From the NCBI GenBank assembly GCA_051362555.1, contig CM120640.1, positions 22,368,225-22,432,224 of the forward strand: a stretch of 64,000 nucleotides of DNA, read 5' to 3'. Numbering within the stretch: position 1 is the stretch's first letter; each line of letters starts with the position of its first letter. This stretch comes from Lingula anatina (taxonomy: Eukaryota; Animalia; Brachiopoda). The translations under genes were made by a program, and so were the position numbers. The notes under the pieces are model-generated. The model had not been told where the DNA came from, did not search any database, and saw nothing but the letters and a program-made list of their open reading frames with translations. Of the stretch, positions 12,698 through 23,977 are shown in pieces.

Positions 12698-13123
12698 CAT
12701 TGTATTTATTACAGCGTAACTGAAACTTACAATACGGCACTGTATTGCGCAATTTACGGAGACCCCATAAGGCTGAAAAAACACATATTTGTATCAGTAC
12801 TATTATCCTGTAAATAAGTTATTGAAAAATCCAAATTTCAGCAAAAATATTATGAAAAATAAAGGTTTATGTCATGGTTTTACATTGTATGGAAAATTGA
12901 GCATGACCGCCAATACCTATATTACATTAATTTTGTCTGTTAATAGTTGTTAAAAGTGATGATTCTAGATCTAAAAAAGCAATATCAGGTCACTTTGATG
13001 CCCACTGATGGCATATTGACTTGTTAAGCAAAGGAAGTTTAGTGACATATTTTGAAATTTAAATTGTTTTCAGCTGCTTCTGTCAACTACTGCTCTTTAT
13101 TTGATTACAGGTGTTAGGGGAAA

Positions 13124-13921
13124 ATGGGCAATAAATCCCACAAAGGAACTGTAGTATCAGCTGGATCAGGAGGACACCAGGACCAGCAGGCAGTGCAACT
13201 CCCACCATATCATGGATCACCTTGCCATTATCAGTTGCTGGAGATGTCAGTGACATTCCAGAACAACATGGCTTTTAACTTTTCTCCTGGTCAGAATATG
13301 ATTAGTACCAACATAGACAGCTACTACCCTGCCCTAGCACAACCATATCAGCAGGGCTGGAGAATGACATCATTCTACAGGATACCAGGAGTGGCTCAGC
13401 AGCAAGGACTTTTTAGTACAGCAGTAAATGTACCTTTCCAAGGAATATTTGTCAGGCTAGCCAGTGATCCAGAGTTTTGTAGTGAACAGTATCAACTGAA
13501 AGTGGAGAAGTCTATCATGTATGTGGCAACTTTTAGAGGAGGTAAATTATTTTTCTAAATAAGTTATAGTTATTTTATTGGTTGATGTGGTGAACTAGTA
13601 GTATTTGGCCACAGCAGCCTATGCCATTTTCCATTCAAATACTTGCAGTCCAAACATCTCAGTGTTTGGCATGTGTATCTTTTATTGTCATTGATGGGAT
13701 TTTGTAAGAATATGAAATTATGAGTGAATTTGTTCCTTGTGATATTTTATCTTTTATTTTTCCTTGTGATATTTTATCTTTTCTATATAAAGAATTTAGC
13801 GAAAATTCACCCTAAAATAACATACATAACCATTCTGGGTACACTTCTAAAACTGAGAAAATGTGTTACAGTCAGTACAATCATATACTGGTACAGCTGT
13901 TTGTCATTAAACAAATAAGAC

Positions 13922-13958
<37 letters not shown>

Positions 13959-15474
13959 TAAACTTTCACAAAAATATTTTCAGCTATTCAGATTTATAAA
14001 GACTAAATTCTAATTGGAGCTTGTATATAGATGTACTAGCATAATTTTTGTTTAAAAGATAGTTATTTGGGTTATTAGGCCTTGTTTTCAAGGTGCTTTT
14101 AGATATTTTGGATGAACATTGTCGACAGTAATGCATACTTTATTTAACCAAGGTACTTTAGTACTTATGTTTGATGAACATTAAAAAAAAAATGTTTTAT
14201 AGGTATGCTGTCATTGACGGGGCCACAGGGTGTCCAGGGTGATATGTCAGATATCCAGATGAAGATAGCTCAGAACACTCAGCATGGTGGCAGGCTAGTG
14301 TGTGTCGAGATGTCAGGACAGTATGTGACACAGGGAATGGGAGCAGCTATGAGGGGAGTATCTCCAGGTAAGACAGTATTACTGGGAATGAGAGCAATTC
14401 AGAGGGGAGTATCAGCTTGTAAGTTGTACAAATAAGACACAGTGAGTGGCACAGGGAATGGGACCAGCTATGACAGGGATGCCTGCAGGCCTGAAAGTAC
14501 CTTTGTGGCACTGTGTATGGGGATGGCCACGAATTAAGGTTTATAAAGGACAGCCATACATTTTTGTTCAGGGACGTTGCAATTGAAAATTGATTATGTC
14601 CCTGTTTTTCAATTTTGCTCCAACATGACAGCATTAAAAACATTTTATTTGCACATGAATATTTATTTTGAGTTGTTTCTGAGACCACATTTTGACACTA
14701 TTTTACAGGGGTGTCTGCATTTGTGTAACCCATATTGCCTTTTTTTTGTATCAAGTTTTTTCAAATTCTTATAAGAAAAAGTAAAAAAAAAGGGGATAAA
14801 TGGAAATGTATAATACTGTTATTCTCAAACTTGCCATTAAATTTTTTTCAGGTATTGGAGTTGATGTTTTCTTTAACATGCCCCTCCATCCCAACCCAAG
14901 GTGTTACACTTATCAAGCAGTCAATGTACCGATTGGAATCCGCTCCAAAATGGGTTTCACTCCAACTATTCAGGTCCAATGTGATTGGATGAGTCATTAT
15001 GCAGCTTTTTTACAGCAAGGCTGGCGATTGGTGGAAATATTTTTGGATCAATCTTACATGCGATCAGGTGCTTTCAGTACTTCAGCCACCATGAACACAG
15101 TGTGGTTCTTTGAAAAACCAGCTGATGCTTTGAATGATCCAACCCCAGTCTATGAAGGGACTATAGTGGATTTTGAGCATAAAATAACAGGTGGTTTTGG
15201 AGGAGCTAGAGGAAGTGCTGGATGGAATCCAGTATTAGAAGACATGGGAACCAGGGGCTGGGAACTGGCTTGTATCCTAGAGACACCAGAAATAAGGACG
15301 ACTGGCATTGGTCAAATCAAGATGAAGCTGTTGCTCTTCTTTCAGAGGAAGATCGTTAGGCAATATCCTGGGTCTGCAGAGGCAGCACCTCCCCCACCAG
15401 GTTTTGCTGTCCCCCCCACTGCAGAGAAGGCAGAGCCAGTGATGACTGAAAAACCAGAGCACTTTAATCAATAA
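13124..15474 (+). CDS. Raftlin-like protein, paralog B (about 401 aa)
   Basis: Coding exons 13124-13541, 14203-14367, 14852-15474 (1206 nt), with the same intron positions as paralog A. Probable non-coding first exon ends at a gtaagt donor after 11002. Motif GWELACILETPEI...LLLFFQRKI followed by a Pro-rich tail. Confidence 0.82.
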
Positions 15475-16302
15475 GAGATGCTGTGGGAGCGTAGCTATAA
15501 ATTATTCACCTTTGTGACTGCATCGAGATAGCATAATTTCATGCACAAATTGCATTCCAGACACTTTTAAATGTTAATCAAGTTACATATCAGTGTTTGG
15601 TAAAATTATTTAGGTATCTGAGGTATAATCTCATTACCTTAATCTCTAAATGTATGTTATTAAATAAAACTACCTGTAATACAATTTAATAGAATGTTTA
15701 CAGTTGTGAAAGAATTGAGGCTTCATCTTTTAGCATAATTTTACATATGTAGTTATATCTTTGCCACTAAAACTCAACCAAATGCCATCATATAGTTTCA
15801 AATAGCATAACGTTAAAGAAATACCAAAGGGCATATTATGTCTTAAAAGAAACAAGTAGAAGTTGTTTATGTGTGTTACAGGGAATTTACAATCATTTCA
15901 TAAATAACTTTGTTTAAATTAGTGTTTAAAAGGTCTCTAGTCAATGTAACTTAATTGGATTCAATGCATCTTGCTATAGGAATAGCTTTTACTTGTTTAT
16001 TTATGTTTGTACTTCATCTTGTACATAGTTTGTAGAGATATATATTTTTTATTGTCAGAAATTGGTCAGTCACACCATTAGCTGGACTTCCTAGGCCATT
16101 TTAGGAAGCTCCAGATCTCTGCCACAAAAAAATATTGGGGTCAGTCATCAAATAGATAGGCTGCCATCTTCTAAGCAAAACACATTATGATAACAGTAGG
16201 ATACAGATTGGTGTGTATGGCCATAATTAATGACAAGCATAACGGTCAGTAATGCTAGTAACATAAAGCATTGAAAGTCAGTTTTTGTACGTTTATTCTC
16301 TT

Positions 16303-16304
<2 letters not shown>

Positions 16305-16363
<59 letters not shown>
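16305..16363. repeat. (TA)n microsatellite
   Basis: Uninterrupted AT dinucleotide run. Confidence 0.95.
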
Positions 16364-16366
<3 letters not shown>

Positions 16367-17556
16367 TGTCTTGAAACTAGGAGTAGAGGTATTTATGTCT
16401 TAGTTTTTAGAATTATGTATAAATGCTTCCATCAGTGTTGAGCACTCTGGAAACTATACACTTCATATCAATACACATTCGTAAATGAACTTCTAAGAGA
16501 TGCTTAAAGGTAGTGGTTTTTCTGCAATAGTAATTTGTTTGACATTTTACTTCAAATATTTGTATTATTAATTTTTACCAACTTGTTTCTCAAACCCCTC
16601 TAACCTAAAAACGGCCTTAATAGAAAAGAAAATTGAATGACATAAAATGCATTGATAATCAAGGGGAGGTAAAGACATAAGTTTTAAACCAACATGATTA
16701 TTGTATGTCACCAGTAATTAAGACAAAAAAGTTCAGTGAAAAGGAGTCACTGCTTACTATTGTCCAAAAGGTTTTTAAAAAGTAACAAAAAACATTTTTG
16801 AACTTTTGAAATCCCCCACCTCACAATTCTTATTTTCTTAAGAAAATAAGAATTGCTTGTAAAACAAGTTATTTTAAAAAATCCAACTCAAATATTTCAA
16901 AGGGAAGGAGAATCATTTTTAATATTAGATTACACTCTTTTATCAGGTTTCAAAGGAATACATATATAAAGGAATACATATATATATAAAGGATCAAAAG
17001 CTTATATTTTACAAGCATATATTATAAGTGGCATTTTAATTGTGCTTCTCATTATTTATTCACAATAAATGTGTAACAAGGAATATCATTTATGTGTTAG
17101 ACCTAAATTCAAAATATTAACACTTTCAAACCAATTTTTTTTTGTCCTTACACAAGTCCATCAGTTGTATTCTTTTCCATGCAACAATTTTGTCTCTCTT
17201 CTTTATCAAACACAATTTCTCAATAAACTGTTTGAGACTGTTAGTCTGCATGAGCCACATAAGCTTTCCAAATGACCTTCACTCATTTGACTTCTAAAGA
17301 AATTTGAAACAAATTATATAACTCTTTGGGACTGATATTTGCCTGAAAATAGTTTTCTCAAAAGACATAAAAAATTGTGGATAATGTGAATGATTTTTGA
17401 TACATTTTAGAATATTTTGTCAATTCTTGACCTGGGTCTTTGACACTTCAGATTATTGCCCTTGGTATCCATTAATGCTTGGTCACAGCATGAAGATGGT
17501 TGACACAGGATTTCCTGCTTGGAAGAATAAGTCTTTCAAGAAGACCTACACATAGT

Positions 17557-19221
17557 TCATTCTTTAAACTTCCATTCTTGTCTGCACATTGGACAAAGCT
17601 GGTTTATCTGTTGGGAGTTCAGCCATTTCACAATGCAGTGGATGTGGAAACAATGTGAGCACTGGCCCCAGACTGAAATTTTCAAAAGTAATTTTAATAC
17701 CATAAATTGTAATTAGTCAAATCGATAAGACTGTGATGCATTTTGATTTCTTAATAAATTATATTCAAAACAATTGTCTTTGACATATCCTGCCCTCATT
17801 TAAACAAGAAAAAAACTTAGCAGTTAAGATTCCATTTCCACTGATTTCCACTTATTTTTAAATCAGTGAGTGAAATTTGAAATCATTATCCTTCACAAAA
17901 TGTGCACTTATTTAGTTATTTTCTTTCCCTCAGTTTACCTCTGAGCAAAATCCACTGCACATACCTAGGGGACAGTCATCTCCTGGCAGTTTACAGTCGG
18001 GGCAGCATCCATCAAATGGCATTCGACATATCCCACAATTGTCATCATTGGCTATCCACTTCCAAGTTGCAACTGCAGTCCAACTGAAAATAAAACAGCA
18101 AAATATTTGACACTTTGTTCCAGTATATTTTCATATACATATACATATTTTTGTGTACCGATTTTTTAAAGGAGATCTTACCAACATGTGCAAAAATGAA
18201 ATTTATTATAAACATGTTATATACAAAGGACAAGGTCTACAGAATAAAGAGTGAACAGTAAATCAGAATAATGCTACAAAAATGAGTCCTTGTTACAAAC
18301 CTCTCCTACCCCAAAAAATGTAGACACATGAGCAGTTGTCCCATACATAAGGAAAATTAAGGTTTGCCTGATGAAAACATGTACCACTTGTAGCAAAACA
18401 ATGGTAAGAAATCCAGGCAAAAAAAGATGCTGTATATTTTCTTTTTACTAAGTTGATCTAGATATGATATGATATAACATTTATTTTCTGAATGTTTCAG
18501 TATGCGTTTTCATGAGAAAAACAGCAGAAGTTTTAGGGAAAATAATTTTTTTATATATAACCATGGGCATCTAAATCCGAAGACCTGCTTCCAGCATCTT
18601 CATATTTCAATTTACTTTTGACTCCTCTTGTAACACTTTTAATTCGCAAATGCAAAGATGGATTACATTAATGGTTTTGCTTTGCTAAAAATCACTGAAA
18701 TTGAAATGACATGATTGGGCAAAGAGGTTGGACACATTCTCGAATGGATATGCTCAACACTGTCTTCTCTCCAATTTCCTGGATGACACGATTACTAACT
18801 TACCCTAAATAAAAGGAAACACAGGGCCATGTGAACATGAAACAAAGAACCATATATTAATATAAATGTCAAAATATTAATGATAACCAATACTTTATTT
18901 TAATAATAAATAATGAATAAATAATAAAGACACTGCGCAGTAGGTAAATGCTTCAATTTTTTTTTGATAGCACTATGTTTCTTTAACTGATGTAAAAATT
19001 TCCAAGTTGCTTCAGTTTTCGGCTTAAAAGCCTACGCTTTAAGTACCTAATATGTAACTGTACGGCAGAAATACTGACAGTGAAGCTGAAGCCAGTGAAG
19101 GTCTGGCGGAGTTGACCAGTTGCAATTCATCTATTCTTTGCATATCAAAGAGCAAATAAAATTGCACTTGCGGTAAAGTTGAATATGTTTGCTACTACTT
19201 GCCTTTGATCTTGACCTTCAT
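17557..19221 (-). CDS. ANAPC11: Anaphase-promoting complex subunit 11 (RING-H2), 84 aa
   Basis: Minus-strand exons 19221-19203 (ATGAAGGTCAAGATCAAAG, GC donor gcaagt), 18804 (1 nt, G), 18083-17965 and 17672-17557 total 255 nt. Translation: [84 protein letters not shown], clearly APC11. Not in the ORF track because the exons are short. Confidence 0.96.
18804..18804 (-). other. ANAPC11: Putative single-nucleotide microexon (G) of ANAPC11
   Basis: Minus strand reads gtttccttttatttAG|G|GTAAGT: polypyrimidine tract plus AG (18806-18805), one base, then a consensus donor (18803-18798). It supplies exactly the base needed between a phase-1 exon end and a phase-2 exon start. Confidence 0.78.
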
Positions 19222-19597
19222 CAGTGTTCTCGAAATATTCCGTGTTTTAGTTGTATTTTTTCACCATTTGAAAAAAGTGCGGAAAATAAGAGATTCTATA
19301 TTTAAGGTTTTAGTGTGTTACGTTAGGTGTCGCTGTGCCCAAGATAAACCACAGTCTATATAACGATGTAATATAATTCATAATTGCATTTCTATTGTAC
19401 AGCCCATTTTTAAAATTCTAAATTGAAATCAATGATATATTGATTACGTCACTGGAAAGAGAAATTTGGAACATTTATAAAGGCTTTTATTGCATGCGGC
19501 ATCTACCGGTAATTTTCTCATTCTTGGAGCGCCATTGTTTTTAGAGCAAATTCGCCAGCGATGTAGTATTATTTTTCTTCCTAATTTAGGTGCAAGT
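19222..19597. promoter_or_regulatory. Probable bidirectional promoter, ANAPC11 / zinc-finger gene
   Basis: Divergent start codons about 376 bp apart; CRE-like TTACGTCA near 19444 and YY1-like GCGCCATTG near 19529. Confidence 0.55.
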
Positions 19598-22500
19598 ATG
19601 GATAGGTCAATAAATGCAGGACAGGATGCAAATTTTGTCCTCTTTAAAAACCAGGTATGTGACTTGATGGCATTAAGGGCTGTTGAATCAATTAAAAATA
19701 AGGTTTTTCATTTTGCAGGGGTGTCACCATATGGTGCCTCACGCCAAAATCGGCGTATTAGTTCTGGGGCTATCTAAGTGGGGTATAATAATCAAAACAG
19801 GCGATTTTAAGTTTTTTGTCTTATGCATTAAAATTTCTTTATTGAAAATGAATCTTACTGTTGTGTTTTTGAAACTTTATTTTGGACCTTTATGAGTAAA
19901 ATGTGTAATTAAATATGTTTGATTTAAGTGGGTGGGGTCAGAGAATGGGGGTCGCAACCGAGACACATGTACAAATTGTGTTACTAAATGAAACCCCCTT
20001 GAATGTAAACAAATACTTAAGTCGAAGGAGGGTTAGGAGATGATGATTAAGGCGGTGAAAACGTCATTAGATAAGTCAGCTAAATTCAATCAATGTGCTC
20101 AAAACCATTTTTTACTTTGTAAATTTTGTATAGCTACAGTTAACTGAGGTGCTGACATTTTACGTTTTATTTTCCCATTCCTTTTAAAATGTACTCCAGT
20201 CTATAAGCACTCGTTTTGAATGGGGAAGCAAACTATTCTATCAATGGAATTCAAATAAACAAAATAAAATAATTTTTCAGCTGCTTCATAATTTCCAGTT
20301 TTTATAATTTTTTTCTATATCTGTACATATCTACTTTGAAATCAATGAGAGTGTAAATAGATAAATGAAAAAGTGTATTATGTGCCGAGTAATATACCTA
20401 TTTATTTTTTTCTAATGTGTAATCCATCTGCCTAAATTTGAAAAATGTCAAATGAAAATGAGGCATTTTTTAAAACATATTTAATACATTGCAATATTAC
20501 ACAGTATTATACAAATTTCCATGTTTTACTCAATTTCAGTTGATGACTTCTATACAGGAAGTATATAAAATGAAGAGTAAGGAACAAATACAATGTCTTG
20601 ATCTGCTAAAAGTGGTCACTGTGCAGTTAGAACAACTGCTCAGGCTGCTTGGAGCAACTGGAGTTTGGGTACATGGTGACAGCGCAGGGTGCGATGGTAA
20701 AACTTTACCTGGATTTTCAGCTGATAGTAAAATACAAGGAAACTCAGATGGAGAAAATGAGAGCAATAAGTGTTTCAGTAAAATCATTGACATTATATCA
20801 GAGCAATCTTTATTATCCCTCCCCACACCATCTACCTGCCAGATATCACACGATGTAAAGGATTGTACAGAGTTCCCTTACACAGCCAGGCAGAGATATG
20901 TGGGGGATACTAGTGTTGGTGCTGTGTGTGGCATACTGGATGAACTTGTAGACCAAGCCGTTAACCTCAGTCAGTTGGCACTTGCAGCTTCAGAGACGTT
21001 TACAACTCAGAGAGGCAGAGTTGTATCAAAACCTAATCTGAAGAAAACCATGGAAGGAAATGATGCTGATGTGGAACCCCGACCTAAAAGAAGACGTGGG
21101 CGGCCACCGAAAAATAAAGATAGTCAATACTGCAAGACGGACACAGTGACAAAGAAGATCAAAATGAAGGCATTAAAGACAGCAGGTGATAGGCAGCGTG
21201 TCAAACAGCAGAGACAGACAGTTTCCAGCAAAAGAAAAAATCCACATCCAAGAAAGCTCACTCAGTTGGAAAATAAGGAGACCAAAGCAGTGGAAGAAGA
21301 TCCTTCATTGGCTGTTGATGAATTAAATGAAAAAGAAAATGATGAAGCAAATGATGTAGATTACAGTGCATCTGTAGACCAAGGCTCAATGTCTGAAAAT
21401 GAAGATGATGATGATGATTACAAACCAGATAGAAAAATGAGGAAAAGGCGTTGGAAACACAGACGGAAAATTGTACATGTCTGTAAGATTTGCAAAGAAT
21501 GGTTTACCCATGGACGTTCCTTTAATGCTCACCTCCAGACTCATGTTGAAAACCAGGATCATGGTGCAAGCTGCCGTGCTTGCAAAACAGAGTTTCCAAA
21601 CACAGTGCAGTATATTCATCATGAATGCAAGGCTCTAAAGGAGAAGATCAAGGGTAAGCAACGGGACTGCAAGTATTGCAATCGTGTGTTCACCAACTAC
21701 AAAAAGTGGCAATATCACATGAAGACAGTACATCATCAAAGGGTGCTGGATCCAACCTTGTTATACTGCTGTCTGTACTGTGGCAAGGGCTACTCCAGGA
21801 AATCCTCTCTCTACATCCACTACAAAGACCATGCCTTGGAGGGACAGGTTGTTTGTCAGAAGTGTGGTGAATTTCTGGATAATGAAGCAGCTTTCATAGA
21901 ACACAACAAAGGCCATGAAGAGGAGGCACAGTTCTTCTGTGACCTGTGCAATATGAGTTTCATCCGTCGTCAGCAGTATAAGCAGCATCTGGAGGCTCAC
22001 CAGAAATACACGTGCAATGTTTGTCAACAGTCATTTTCAATCAATAAACAGCTGATAAAACATAAGAAGATCGCCCATCGTATTAAGGGTCCATCTGAAC
22101 CAAAGAAGTATGCTTGTCTGGTGTGTGACAAAAGATTTGTGAGACCTGGACTACTGGATATACACATAAGACTTCACACAGGTAATGAAAGGCTCTTAAT
22201 TTGTAATTTTTTTTAATTTGTTATTGAGTTCAGTATTTTTTTCTTTTATGACACATTAAATCTTGGATACAGTGCTTTGATTTTAGTATGCTAAATGAAT
22301 AGAAGAAAATATTATTTGATGACCAATTTCTGTGGTTAGCATTGTCTATTGGAAAATGTTATTCAGCAGTTTAACTTCAAAATCTATGAAAAACTTTATT
22401 TGAGACCCTGTCCTTGTGTTCTAGGTGAGAAGCCCATAGAGTGTCCAATTTGCCACATGTACTTCAGGACTCCCAAAGCATTTGCCAAACACAAGCAAAC

Positions 22501-23977
22501 ACGCACGCATCTCCTGAGAGCTGGAGAGTTACCCAGGGAGAGAGACCATCTCTGCTCAATATGTGGGAAGGCATTCTTTAGGTAGGTCTCTCCTTAGGAC
22601 ATCAAATCTTGATTTTTTTCAGGTACATATCATTTCATACATATGCTTGCTTGGTCTTTGTCTTCTTCACTTCATTGTAAGCAAAGGGGCTCTTAGGCAC
22701 TCTATTCTGTGGTGCTCTTTTCACACATGGGTATATATTTGTATTGCTTTTAAAAACATACACATGTAACCCCATACACAGCAAATAGGATCATACAAAA
22801 TTGAAAGAAGTAAGCATGCACAGTTTAAAAAAATGAACTGTACATTTATGTATTTCATGTATTTTTCACTTACAGAAAGCATGCCCTCCAGAGGCATATG
22901 CAGTACCACAGTGAAGACCGCCCTCACTGTTGTCCACACTGTGATTTCAAGTGTAAGGAACCAAACAACCTGAAGCGCCACATTGCACTGCATTTCTCCT
23001 CTGAGAGGAACTTTGTTTGTGATGTTTGTGGTGCAGCCTTCCACACCAAGAAAACCTTGCAGACACATCATGTGTATAAACACTCAGAGCAGCGAGAGTT
23101 CCCATGCAGTGACTGTAACCTCTCCTTTAAGACCCCAAATGCTCTGAAAAGGCATGAGCATGTTCACAGTAATGACCGTCCTCACAAGTGTTACTGTGGT
23201 CAAGCTTTTCTCCGCCTGTATAACCTGAGGAGACACATGAAGCATCTGCATGGCACTGATGCCCCTCTACCCCCTGTGAGGAGACTGAAAACTGTGGACA
23301 TGCCTGAGGGGGAGGCTGGCAAGGGATCCTCCAAGGATTTTGATGAGAGATCTTTTAATGCCAAGATAGCTGCTGATAGATCCCTGGCTGAGCAAGCGAT
23401 GGCCAGTATTCCTGTGAGGGGTCAGGTGGGTGATCCACAGTTCACAATGCTGGGGGTCATTGTACCAAACTCTGAGTCCAGTACTGCTACATATGTTCCT
23501 AATGGCTCAGGGACACTGCTCTCTGTGCAGCCTGCCATTCAGCAACAGCAACCACAACAGCAGCAGCAACAACTCCCTCAACAGCAGCAAACACAGCCAC
23601 CACATGGGATCCAGGTTCACAAGGTGATACCTACTGCTGCATCCCACACAGAGAAACAAGAACAGTCTTTTGTGGAACCAACAGTTAGCCTGTCCCAACA
23701 GCAAGGACACATAGTGGAGCACATCCCTATATCAACGGGCAGTGTTCCATCTGTGCAGGAGACTTATCCCACTATTAACCTCCAGCATCTCCACCCACAA
23801 CACGTGGTGTACCAGCCGTATCCTCCCCCTCCACACCAGCAGGCTATCTCACAAGATGGCCACCCTGTGGTGCACCAGTTCTCAGAGCAGCAGGTGCCCC
23901 AGGAACGTGTGGACTACTCTCCAGAGGTGTATGCTGCCATGACAAGTCTGGTCCACTTCATGCACAATGCTCAGTAA
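19598..23977 (+). CDS. AT-hook and multi-C2H2 zinc-finger transcription factor (about 985 aa, ~14 fingers, Gln-rich C-terminus)
   Basis: Exons 19598-19654, 20540-22181, 22425-22581, 22876-23977 with compatible phases (2958 nt). AT-hook RRRGRPPK, acidic tract, repeated CxxC-12-HxxxH fingers with an HTGEKP linker spanning an intron, and polyQ near 23540-23590. The first exon is less certain. Confidence 0.88.

Noticed and set aside
18560-18700. Possible poison exon in ANAPC11 intron 2 (minus-strand acceptor tttcaatttcag)
   Set aside because: Only a weak donor (gttata) follows and there is no other support.
19193-19202. Canonical GT donor AA|gtagta giving a three-exon, 85-aa ANAPC11 with no microexon
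   Set aside because: Poor donor consensus; it inserts an extra residue before the conserved Trp and leaves the exact AG|G|GTAAGT site unexplained. Disfavoured but not excluded without cDNA.
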